NCBI GenBank assembly: GCA_016176335.1
Contig: JACOXI010000003.1
Coordinates: 194,477 to 258,476, forward strand
From: Candidatus Daviesbacteria bacterium
GTDB lineage: Bacteria > Patescibacteriota > Microgenomatia > Daviesbacterales > UBA10151
Reading direction: 5' to 3'
Length of the DNA: 64,000 bases
Made by a program: the position numbers and the translations under genes. The notes beneath the pieces are model-generated. The model worked only from the letters and a program-made list of their open reading frames with translations. It had not been told where the DNA came from and made no database searches. Each line of letters begins with the position of its first letter. Positions within the stretch are counted from its first letter, which is position 1. Below, one piece after another: positions 56,529 through 64,000 of the stretch.

Positions 56529-57231
56529 AAAAGTTGGTAGCTCCAGTCGGCAGTCGTCAGTAAAAAAAACCACAAAACCAGTGGTCAGAAAATCTAGTGC
56601 TTTATCAATCCCAGTCTATTCTCTGACTGGAAGAACATCTGGAACAATGACTCTTCCAAAAGAAATTTTTGGTGCTGATGTCAATAAAAAACTTTTGGCA
56701 CAAGCAATCAGAGTTTATTCAACCAATCAAAAGACAATTACCGCTTCCACTAAAACCCGCGGAGAAGTTAGAGGTTCAACAGCCAAAATTTACAGGCAAA
56801 AAGGTACAGGTCGCGCCAGACACGGTGCTATCCGTGCTCCGATATTTGTCGGTGGAGGAATAGTTTTTGGACCTAAGCCCAAAACAGTCAGATTGGAACT
56901 GCCGAAAAAAATGAAAAAAGTGAGTTTAATTTCTGCTTTATCATCCAAAGCAATTGATAAATCCATTATAGGAGTGAGTGGTTTGGCAAAAGCAACAGGT
57001 CAAACAAAAGAAATTGCAAAATTCATGTCGTCAGTCGTCAGTCGGGGCGCCAGCGCATTAATTGTGATTGGAGAAAAGACAGATAATGCAGTTAGAGCAG
57101 CAAGAAACATTCCAGGGATTAATGTATTGCCGGTGAATACCATTAATGCATACGAGATTTTAAAACACGACATTTTGGTTTTAGCCAAAGAAGCTTTGGA
57201 GAGACTGTCCGGAAAGGCAGAAAAAAGATGA
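56515..57231 (+). CDS. rplD: 50S ribosomal protein L4 (N-terminal basic extension)
   Basis: Start trimmed to MPKVKK (ATG 56515, 14-nt overlap with rplC); L4 core from [12 protein letters not shown] onward. Confidence 0.9.
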   Translation: MPKVKKVGSSSRQSSVKKTTKPVVRKSSALSIPVYSLTGRTSGTMTLPKEIFGADVNKKLLAQAIRVYSTNQKTITASTKTRGEVRGSTAKIYRQKGTGRARHGAIRAPIFVGGGIVFGPKPKTVRLELPKKMKKVSLISALSSKAIDKSIIGVSGLAKATGQTKEIAKFMSSVVSRGASALIVIGEKTDNAVRAARNIPGINVLPVNTINAYEILKHDILVLAKEALERLSGKAEKR

Positions 57232-57659
57232 TAGTAATCAGGCGACCAATAATTACCGAAAAATCAATGAGGCTTGCCAAAAAAAATCTTTATACGTTTG
57301 CAGTGGACAAAAACGCCACAAAAGATTTGATTGCAAAGGTTGTAGCCAAAAGTTTTGGAGTGAAGGTTTTAGGAGTAAAGGTGACAAATGTTTCAGGCAA
57401 GACCAAAACGCAAAGAAGTACGAGAAAAACCTATCAGACGAAAGGTTTTAAAAAAGCCTTTGTACAAGTTGGCAAGGGTGAAAAAATCGCCATTTTTGAA
57501 ACACCAAAAGAAGAGGAAGTGGTGGTAACAAGCGCAGAAAGTGAGCCTCACATCATGAAGGAGAAAAAGGATATTTTGGGAAGAACAAAGGTCAGAGTGG
57601 AGAAACGTGCGGTAGGAGCTGCTCCAACAACCCAGAGAAAGGTAATAACAGGAAAATGA
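57228..57659 (+). CDS. rplW: 50S ribosomal protein L23 (C-terminal extension)
   Basis: L23 N-terminal core IITEKSMRLAKKNLYTFAVDKNATKDLI. Confidence 0.9.
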   Translation: MIVIRRPIITEKSMRLAKKNLYTFAVDKNATKDLIAKVVAKSFGVKVLGVKVTNVSGKTKTQRSTRKTYQTKGFKKAFVQVGKGEKIAIFETPKEEEVVVTSAESEPHIMKEKKDILGRTKVRVEKRAVGAAPTTQRKVITGK

Positions 57660-58390
57660 AAACTTTAAAAACTATACTCAAAAAGCACAGTGGTCGTTCT
57701 CGTGGTCGAGTGACTGTTAGGGGTCAGGGAGGAAGACATAAAAGATATTATCGGGAGATAGATTTTAAAAGGGATAAGTTGGGAGTTTTGGGAGAGGTGG
57801 TCTCAATTGACTATGACCCAAACAGAAACGTGGATATTGCTTTAATCAAATACCAAGATGGGGAGTTTAGATATATCCTCGCACCATCGGGGTTAAAAAT
57901 TGGAGATAAAGTTGAATCAGATGAAAAAGTAGAGGTAAGGGTGGGGAATACCATGAAGTTGAAGAATTTAACTGTAGGCGCCTTGGTGCACAACGTAGAG
58001 CTTATTCCAGGAAGAGGCGGACAATTGGGCAGGTCTGCCGGAGTTGTATTACAGCTTTTGGCAAAAGAAGGAGGATTTGCTCATCTTAAGATGCCATCAG
58101 GTGAGGTGAGGATGATACCTCTTGAGGCCATGGCAACAATCGGCACCTTGGGTAATGAGGAGATAAAGGCAAGGGTCTTGGGCAAGGCTGGTAAATCACG
58201 CCACATGGGTATAAGACCGACAGTGCGGGGTGTTGCCCAGGATCCGGATTCTCACCCTCATGGTGGTGGAGAAGGTAGGTCTGGAATTGGTAGAAAGAAA
58301 CCTATGACCAAATACGGCAGACCGGCTGTAGGGAAAACTAGAAATAAAAAGAAGTGGACAAATAAATACATAATACAAAGGAGGAAATAA
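57656..58390 (+). CDS. rplB: 50S ribosomal protein L2
   Basis: L2 signature GRNxxG..HPHGGGEG.. Confidence 0.95.
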   Translation: MKTLKTILKKHSGRSRGRVTVRGQGGRHKRYYREIDFKRDKLGVLGEVVSIDYDPNRNVDIALIKYQDGEFRYILAPSGLKIGDKVESDEKVEVRVGNTMKLKNLTVGALVHNVELIPGRGGQLGRSAGVVLQLLAKEGGFAHLKMPSGEVRMIPLEAMATIGTLGNEEIKARVLGKAGKSRHMGIRPTVRGVAQDPDSHPHGGGEGRSGIGRKKPMTKYGRPAVGKTRNKKKWTNKYIIQRRK

Positions 58391-58398
58391 TACAACAT

Positions 58399-58686
58399 AT
58401 GAGTAGATCAACAAAAAAAGGACCATATATTGATGCAAAGTTACTGAAAAAGGTAATGGTTCAAAAAGGGGCTGCTGGCAAAAAAGACCCAATTAAAACC
58501 TGGGCAAGAAGGTCGCAAATCCCGCCCGAATTTGTGGGACATACTTTTTTAGTTCATCAGGGAAAAAACTTTATAACTGTTTTTATAACCGAATCTATGG
58601 TAGGTCACAGACTTGGTGAGTTTGCACCCACCAGAATTTTCAGAGGTCATGGAACTGTGACCAAGCGGGTACTGGAGAAAACTTAA
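58399..58686 (+). CDS. rpsS: 30S ribosomal protein S19
   Basis: [20 protein letters not shown]19 signature. Confidence 0.95.
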   Translation: MSRSTKKGPYIDAKLLKKVMVQKGAAGKKDPIKTWARRSQIPPEFVGHTFLVHQGKNFITVFITESMVGHRLGEFAPTRIFRGHGTVTKRVLEKT

Positions 58687-58696
58687 TGGAAAACCT

Positions 58697-59230
58697 ATGG
58701 AAATAACAACTATTCAAAAATTTATACATACCAGTCCCAGGAAGTTAAGACTAGTGGCGGATATGGTGCGTAAAATGGCACCTTTCCGTGCAGTGGATGT
58801 TTTGAAGGTGACACCGAAGGCAGCTGCCAAAGACTTGGTGAAAGCAATAGAAACTGTTTTAGCAAATACCAAACAGAAAGGTCTGGACGTGGAAAAAGTA
58901 GTGTTTAAAAAAATTGAGATCAATGAGGGTACGAAGATGAAAAGATACAGAGCAGGGACAAGAGGCAGGACTAAGCCTTTCAAAAGAAGAATGGCACATA
59001 TAAAAATCGTTTTGACAGATGAGATAAATCTCAAATCTCAAATGTCCCGTCAAAGACGAGGCTCGCCTCTGGCGGTAAATGTCAAAACTGAAACTCAAAA
59101 CTTAAAACTTAAAAAAGAAAAAGGAGGTAAAAAGGCTAAGGTCGTAATGGACAATTCGGCAGAGAGTGCCAAGCAATTGTCTAAGATACGTACCGAATTA
59201 GTCCAAAACAAAGATGGGACAGAAAATTAA
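58697..59230 (+). CDS. rplV: 50S ribosomal protein L22 (long Lys-rich C-terminal extension)
   Basis: L22 core at N-terminus; about 65-aa basic tail. Confidence 0.9.
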   Translation: MEITTIQKFIHTSPRKLRLVADMVRKMAPFRAVDVLKVTPKAAAKDLVKAIETVLANTKQKGLDVEKVVFKKIEINEGTKMKRYRAGTRGRTKPFKRRMAHIKIVLTDEINLKSQMSRQRRGSPLAVNVKTETQNLKLKKEKGGKKAKVVMDNSAESAKQLSKIRTELVQNKDGTEN

Positions 59231-59855
59231 TCCGGTCGGTTTTAGGATGGGTATTGCCACCAGTTGGAGGTCCCGTTGGTATGCACCCAATGGAAAATAT
59301 AAACAGTATGTTGCGGAAGATTTAAAGATCAGAAGTCTTTTGATGAAGAAATTAAAACCTGCAGGCATTCAAAATATTGAGATTGAGCGGGCAGTTAATA
59401 AATTAAAAGTGATTATTTTTGTATCAAGACCGGGAATTTTAATTGGAAGAGGGGGAAGCGGTTTGAGTGAACTGAAAAAGTTTTTATTAAAAGAGTTAAA
59501 GATTAAGGAAGAGGGAAGTCTGGAAATTGTGCCAATGGAGCTAAAATCTGCAGATCTTGTAGCTTTTCTAGTGGCGCAATCTATTGCAGAACAACTTATT
59601 AAAAGATTACCTGCGCAAAGGGTGATGAATCAGGCAATAGATCGGGTGATAAGATCCGGGGCAAAGGGTGTCAGAGTAGTGTTATCAGGAAGGATTGGCG
59701 GAGCAGAGATTGCCAGGCGTGAGTGGAAAGCATCCGGGACTATGCCCCTTCATACTTTAAGAGCTGATATAGATTTCGCCTCATATCCGGCATTAACCAA
59801 ATCAGGATATGTTGGAGTGAAAGTTTGGATCAACAGAGGAGAGGTAGAAATATAA
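59214..59855 (+). CDS. rpsC: 30S ribosomal protein S3
   Basis: [15 protein letters not shown]-terminus, KH and S3-C domains. Confidence 0.95.
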   Translation: MGQKINPVGFRMGIATSWRSRWYAPNGKYKQYVAEDLKIRSLLMKKLKPAGIQNIEIERAVNKLKVIIFVSRPGILIGRGGSGLSELKKFLLKELKIKEEGSLEIVPMELKSADLVAFLVAQSIAEQLIKRLPAQRVMNQAIDRVIRSGAKGVRVVLSGRIGGAEIARREWKASGTMPLHTLRADIDFASYPALTKSGYVGVKVWINRGEVEI

Positions 59856-60283
59856 TGGCACTTTTGCAACCAAAAAGAACAAAATATCGAAAAGCTTTCA
59901 GAGGAAAAAGAGGAGGAGTTGCCACCCGTGGCAACAGGCTGGCTTTTGGTACCTTCGGAATAAAGGCATTGGCATCCGGTTGGATCTCTGCAAGACAGCT
60001 TGAGGCAGCCCGTCGTGCCATGGCCCATTATACGCAGCGAGGCGGACGTATTTGGATTAGAGTTTTTCCCAATAAACCAATCACCAAACATCCGGCAGAG
60101 TCCAGAATGGGTTCAGGAAAAGGAGATGTAGAAGGGTATGTTGCTGTTGTAAAACCGGGACAACTTATTTTTGAGATGGGCGCTGTAACAGCAGATATTG
60201 CCGAGGAAGCTTTAAGATTGGCATCTCACAAGCTTCCTGTTGATACAAAGTTTGTGGAGAAAGGGGTAAAAAACGTGATATGA
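59855..60283 (+). CDS. rplP: 50S ribosomal protein L16
   Basis: Start trimmed to [13 protein letters not shown] (ATG overlaps rpsC stop by 1 nt). Confidence 0.95.
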   Translation: MALLQPKRTKYRKAFRGKRGGVATRGNRLAFGTFGIKALASGWISARQLEAARRAMAHYTQRGGRIWIRVFPNKPITKHPAESRMGSGKGDVEGYVAVVKPGQLIFEMGAVTADIAEEALRLASHKLPVDTKFVEKGVKNVI

Positions 60284-60519
60284 AGAAAAATGATTTTATA
60301 CAAATTAAGGGATTGGATATTAAAGATTTGAAAGATAAAGCAAAAGCCCAAAGGAGTGAGATTGAGAAACTGACGATGGATAAAAATATGAAAAAATTAA
60401 AAGATATCAAACAAGTCAGCAAATCGAAAAAAGATTTGGCACAGGTTTTGACTGTCTTGAGGCAAAAAGAATTATTAAGTCAACTGGAATCTAAAGTCAA
60501 AGAGTCAGGAGCTAAATAA
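60280..60519 (+). CDS. rpmC: 50S ribosomal protein L29
   Basis: Small helical Lys-rich protein in canonical L16-L29-S17 position. Confidence 0.85.
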   Translation: MKKNDFIQIKGLDIKDLKDKAKAQRSEIEKLTMDKNMKKLKDIKQVSKSKKDLAQVLTVLRQKELLSQLESKVKESGAK

Positions 60520-60523
60520 TTTT

Positions 60524-60919
60524 ATGATCGGACGAGTTATTTCAACAAAGATGCAAAAAACTGCAGTAGTTGTTGTAGAAGGTAAAAAAATACACCCTTT
60601 ATACAAAAAGGCGTTTGTTAAAAGCAAAAAATATCTGGTTGATAATTCTTTTGGAGTGAAGGATGGAGATTTGGTGGAGATTAGTAAAGTTGCTCCTGTT
60701 TCCAAAAATAAACACTGGAGAGTGACAAAAGTTGTAGGTAAGAATTTGGAGGAAATTACCAAAGAGCACTTGCAGGCTGAAGCAGAAAAGATAGTTTCGG
60801 AAGTCATGCCGGGAGAGAAAGAGACTGAAGAGCTATCAGCTATCAGTCGTCAGACTAGGAAAAAAGTAAATAAGAAGCAGGAAATACCTAAGAAAGAAAA
60901 GGAGCAGTCTGATAGCTGA
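60524..60919 (+). CDS. rpsQ: 30S ribosomal protein S17 (C-terminal extension)
   Basis: GRVISTKMQKTAVVVVE..HPLYKK S17 core. Confidence 0.9.
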   Translation: MIGRVISTKMQKTAVVVVEGKKIHPLYKKAFVKSKKYLVDNSFGVKDGDLVEISKVAPVSKNKHWRVTKVVGKNLEEITKEHLQAEAEKIVSEVMPGEKETEELSAISRQTRKKVNKKQEIPKKEKEQSDS

Positions 60920-60943
60920 AAGCTTTGGACTGAAGACTGATTT

Positions 60944-61312
60944 ATGGTACAACACAGAACCAGACTTAATGTTGCAGACAATAGCGGTGCAAAAGTTTTA
61001 CAGGTGATTCAGCCGCTAGGCGGTTCCGGCAAAAGAAAAGCAACTTTAGGCGAGACAGTTATTGGGGTAGTTAAAGGTGCTGATTCTAACGGTCAAGTAA
61101 AAAATCATGAGATTGTCAGAGTAGTTATTGTCAGGACCAGAAAAGAAGCCAGACGCGATGATGGTTCTTATATTAAATTTGATGATAATGCGGGAGTTGT
61201 CATAGATGCTGATGGAAATTTGAGGGCAACAAGAATTTTCGGGCCGATTGCAAGAGAAGTGAGAGAGGCGGGATTTACAAAAATTATATCGCTTGCCCAG
61301 GAGGTTTGGTAA
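60944..61312 (+). CDS. rplN: 50S ribosomal protein L14
   Basis: MVQHRTRLNVADNSGAK L14 signature. Confidence 0.95.
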   Translation: MVQHRTRLNVADNSGAKVLQVIQPLGGSGKRKATLGETVIGVVKGADSNGQVKNHEIVRVVIVRTRKEARRDDGSYIKFDDNAGVVIDADGNLRATRIFGPIAREVREAGFTKIISLAQEVW

Positions 61313-61317
61313 GAATC

Positions 61318-61671
61318 ATGAAAAAGCTAGCTAGTCACAGTACAAAGATAAAAATTAAAAAGGGAGATAAAGTAAAAGTATTGCTTGGTAAAGACAGGGG
61401 TAAGGAAGGAGCGGTTGCTTATGTTTTGGCAGGTAAAGGAAGAGTATTTGTGGAAGGAGCCAATCTGTATAAGCGGAGCTTGCGGGCTGATGCTCTAAAA
61501 AGATATGGAGGACAAGATGCTAAAGGACAAATTATAGATATACCAAAATCTTTGGATATATCTAATGTTGGTTTGATTTGTCCAAGTTGTAAGAAAGTTA
61601 CAAGAGTGGGATACATGATTGGGAAAGAAGGAAAAATTAGAATCTGTAAAAAATGCAGAAAGGAAATATGA
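61318..61671 (+). CDS. rplX: 50S ribosomal protein L24 with C-terminal CxxC...CxxC zinc-ribbon-like extension
   Basis: KOW motif KIKKGDKVKVLLGKDRGKEG; C-terminal CPSCKK...CKKCRKEI. Confidence 0.9.
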   Translation: MKKLASHSTKIKIKKGDKVKVLLGKDRGKEGAVAYVLAGKGRVFVEGANLYKRSLRADALKRYGGQDAKGQIIDIPKSLDISNVGLICPSCKKVTRVGYMIGKEGKIRICKKCRKEI

Positions 61672-62207
61672 ACAGATTAAAGCAAAAATATATAGAAGAG
61701 ATACAGGTTAAGTTACAAGAGGAGCTGGGTGTAAAAAACAGACTGGCAGTTCCAGCCTTGAAAAAAATTATTATTAGTATGGGTTTGGGTGAGGCAAAAG
61801 AGCACAAGGATGTTTTGGATAAAGTAAAAGTTTATCTGACAGCATTGGCAGGACAAATCCCGGTCGTGACATATGCCAAAAAATCAATTGCATCGTTTAA
61901 AGTAACTCGCGGTCAACCGATTGGGATGATGGTAACTTTGAGAGGCATAAGAATGTACGCTTTCTTGGACAAACTAATTAATATAGTGCTGCCGAAAGTA
62001 AGAGATTTTAAAGGTATATCGCAAGAATCTTTTGATAATCACGGCAATTTAAATATCGGGATTGGGGAGCAAACTATCTTTCCGGAGGTTGATTACAAAA
62101 CCATTGATAAACAGAGAGGTTTGGCAGTAACCATCACCACAACCAGCAAAAGTCGCGAGGAAGGCAAGAAGCTTTTGGAGCTTTTAGGAATGCCTTTTAG
62201 AGGTTAA
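61668..62207 (+). CDS. rplE: 50S ribosomal protein L5
   Basis: Start trimmed to MNRLKQKY (ATGA overlap with rplX stop); L5 conservation. Confidence 0.95.
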   Translation: MNRLKQKYIEEIQVKLQEELGVKNRLAVPALKKIIISMGLGEAKEHKDVLDKVKVYLTALAGQIPVVTYAKKSIASFKVTRGQPIGMMVTLRGIRMYAFLDKLINIVLPKVRDFKGISQESFDNHGNLNIGIGEQTIFPEVDYKTIDKQRGLAVTITTTSKSREEGKKLLELLGMPFRG

Positions 62208-62210
62208 GAT

Positions 62211-62390
62211 ATGGCAAAAGTATCAAACATTGTTAAAAAGAAATTTAAATATGAGGTGCAAAAACACAACCGATGTTTACGTTGTGGTAGGGCTCGAGGG
62301 TATTTGCGAAAGTTCGGGCTTTGCAGATTATGCTTTAGGGAACTTGCTCATTTAGGGCAGTTGCCTGGAGTAAAGAAAGCGAGTTGGTAA
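62211..62390 (+). CDS. rpsZ: 30S ribosomal protein S14 type Z (zinc-binding, 59 aa; below ORF-track length cutoff)
   Basis: Hand translation [59 protein letters not shown] with CxxC...CxxC, in canonical L5-S14-S8 position. Confidence 0.85.
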   Translation: MAKVSNIVKKKFKYEVQKHNRCLRCGRARGYLRKFGLCRLCFRELAHLGQLPGVKKASW

Positions 62391-62391
62391 T

Positions 62392-62766
62392 ATGGATCCG
62401 ATAGCAGATGCATTAATAAGAATTAAAAATGGTTATTTGGCCGGTAGTCAGTTGGTCACCATTAAGTATTCAAAAATAGTTTTACATATTCTCAAATTAC
62501 TTGAAAAAGAAGGATATGTGGACAAAGTATCTTCTAAAAAGACTACTATTATTGTTGGACTAAAGTACGAAAACAGAATACCGGCCATAACCGAGATCGA
62601 AAGAGTATCAAAGCCTTCACTCCGAATTTATAAAGGCGTTAAGCAGTTACCGCGTGTTTTAAATGGTTTGGGAATTGCAATAGTTTCCACCCCAAAAGGT
62701 GTGATGACCGACAAAAATGCCAGAAAACAACAAGTAGGAGGCGAGGTATTAGCCCTCGTTTGGTAA
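62392..62766 (+). CDS. rpsH: 30S ribosomal protein S8
   Basis: MDPIADALIRIKNG S8 signature. Confidence 0.95.
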   Translation: MDPIADALIRIKNGYLAGSQLVTIKYSKIVLHILKLLEKEGYVDKVSSKKTTIIVGLKYENRIPAITEIERVSKPSLRIYKGVKQLPRVLNGLGIAIVSTPKGVMTDKNARKQQVGGEVLALVW

Positions 62767-62768
62767 AT

Positions 62769-63341
62769 ATGTCAAGAATTGGCGATGCACCGGTTTTAAT
62801 AGTTTCTAAAGTTACGGTTGAAAAAACAGGAAAGACCTTATCTGTTAGCGGGCCAAAAGGTAATTTAAAAATTGAGGTCCCTCCCGCCATTACTGTGGAG
62901 ATTGAAAAGGACCAAGTGATTGTTAAAAGAAAGAGTGAACAAAAAAATATTAAAGCCTTACACGGTTTAACCAGGAGTTTGATTGCAAATATGGTCAAAG
63001 GGGTAACAGATGGTTGGAGTAAAAACTTGGAGCTTGTGGGAGTTGGTTTTAGGGCGCAGAGTGCAGGGAATGAGTTGATACTAAATGTCGGGTATTCGCA
63101 TCCGGTTAATTTGACGGCACCGCAGGGCATAACATTTGAGGTATCGGAAAATACAAAAATTAAAGTATCAGGAATTGATAAACAATTGGTCGGGCAAGTT
63201 GCAGCCAACATCAGAAAAGTAAGAACACCGGATGTTTACAAGGGGAAAGGAATCAGATATGAAGGTGAGTATGTTAGAAAGAAGTTGGGGAAAACAGGTA
63301 AGATAGGAGCTGCTGTCGGAGGAACAGGAGGTAAGTCGTGA
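62769..63341 (+). CDS. rplF: 50S ribosomal protein L6
   Basis: Start trimmed to MSRIGDAPV; two L6 alpha/beta repeats. Confidence 0.9.
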   Translation: MSRIGDAPVLIVSKVTVEKTGKTLSVSGPKGNLKIEVPPAITVEIEKDQVIVKRKSEQKNIKALHGLTRSLIANMVKGVTDGWSKNLELVGVGFRAQSAGNELILNVGYSHPVNLTAPQGITFEVSENTKIKVSGIDKQLVGQVAANIRKVRTPDVYKGKGIRYEGEYVRKKLGKTGKIGAAVGGTGGKS

Positions 63342-63664
63342 ACCAAAGAAAAAAAAGACACATAAGAGTGAGGAAATATTTAAGCGGTACGAAGGAGCGA
63401 CCGAGACTGGCAGTTTTTCGTTCCAGCAAACACATTTATGCTCAAATTATTGATGATAGTTTGGGTAAAACTATAGTTTCTGCATCAGATGTAAAAATAA
63501 GCGGTACTAAAAAGGAAAAAGCCTACAAAACAGGCAAACAATTGGCAGAAAAAGCTTTAAAAAGTAAGATTACCAATATTGTATTTGACAGGGGAGGATT
63601 TTTGTATCATGGTAGAGTGGCGGAAGTTGCAAAAGGTGCAAGAGAAGGAGGATTAAAGTTTTAA
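63338..63664 (+). CDS. rplR: 50S ribosomal protein L18
   Basis: [18 protein letters not shown]18 signature. Confidence 0.9.
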   Translation: MNQRKKRHIRVRKYLSGTKERPRLAVFRSSKHIYAQIIDDSLGKTIVSASDVKISGTKKEKAYKTGKQLAEKALKSKITNIVFDRGGFLYHGRVAEVAKGAREGGLKF

Positions 63665-63667
63665 GAT

Positions 63668-64000
63668 ATGAATCCACAACAAACAGAAAACGAATATTTT
63701 GAAAGAGTAGTGCAGGTAAATAGAGTCTCTAAAAAAACTAAGGGTGGGGATAAAAGATCGCTGTCGGTTTTAGTGGTTGTTGGTGATAGAAAGGGGCAGG
63801 TGGGAGTTGGTTTAGGCAAGGCAACCGAAGTTCAAGCAGCGATCAGAAAAGCCACCACCTATGCCAAAAAGCATATGATCAAAGTTTCTTTAAACGGTAG
63901 GACTATACCGCATTCAATTTTGCTTAAAAAAGGCGCTGCACAAGTGCTTTTAAAACCCGCCCCAGTTGGTAGCGGTGTTATTGCAGGGGGAGCAGTCAGA
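63668..64000 (+). CDS. rpsE: 30S ribosomal protein S5 (partial, continues beyond window)
   Basis: [16 protein letters not shown]...[10 protein letters not shown]5 N-terminal dsRBD signature; no stop before window end. Confidence 0.9.
   Translation, partial: MNPQQTENEYFERVVQVNRVSKKTKGGDKRSLSVLVVVGDRKGQVGVGLGKATEVQAAIRKATTYAKKHMIKVSLNGRTIPHSILLKKGAAQVLLKPAPVGSGVIAGGAVR

Overview
This is a low-GC, gene-dense bacterial window of almost entirely + strand housekeeping genes. Short IF2, short AlaRS, r-proteins with charged tails and a zinc-finger-less DnaJ suggest a small-genome lineage, possibly Patescibacteria/CPR-like.

Gene order: rpsT, murJ, lepA, grpB, a GT2 glycosyltransferase, a DUF378 gene, ldcA, NAD kinase and an MFS transporter. 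Then three secreted/membrane hypotheticals, one with a TrbC/VirB2-pilin-like N-terminus. Next is the hrcA-grpE-dnaK-dnaJ operon with a near-consensus CIRCE operator. After a membrane trypsin-like protease come nusA-infB, a DHH protein and rpsO-pnp, then a Lon-like ATPase with no protease domain, RNase J, ftsK, tsaC and a rodZ-like gene. The conserved alaS-ruvX-mltG cluster is interrupted by a 726-aa PilM-like/TM protein plus a sortase. A second MFS transporter and a riboflavin kinase follow. The window ends with rpoB-rpoC and the str/S10/spc r-protein superoperon (rpsL through rpsE, partial at the window end).

No rRNA, tRNA or CRISPR array was found.

The ribosomal superoperon carries three insertions:
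- A GreA-N-domain-only ORF plus an unassigned 260-nt segment between rpsG and fusA.
- A 2-kb islet between fusA and tuf holding a YefM/RelE-type toxin-antitoxin pair convergent with a 385-aa RelA/SpoT-domain (toxSAS/CapRel-like) gene.
- A reverse-strand GIY-YIG nuclease gene with GC-rich structured flanks between rpsJ and rplC.

Other notable signals:
- A family of GC-rich short dispersed repeats lies in intergenic regions and in-frame inside grpE.
- Two different 24-nt sequences are each shared between unrelated essential genes (grpE/fusA, and dnaK/infB).
- A related set of heptamer tandem repeats occurs at three loci: AGAAATT x5 before RNase J, AATTCAG x4 inside mltG, and degenerate copies between hrcA and grpE.
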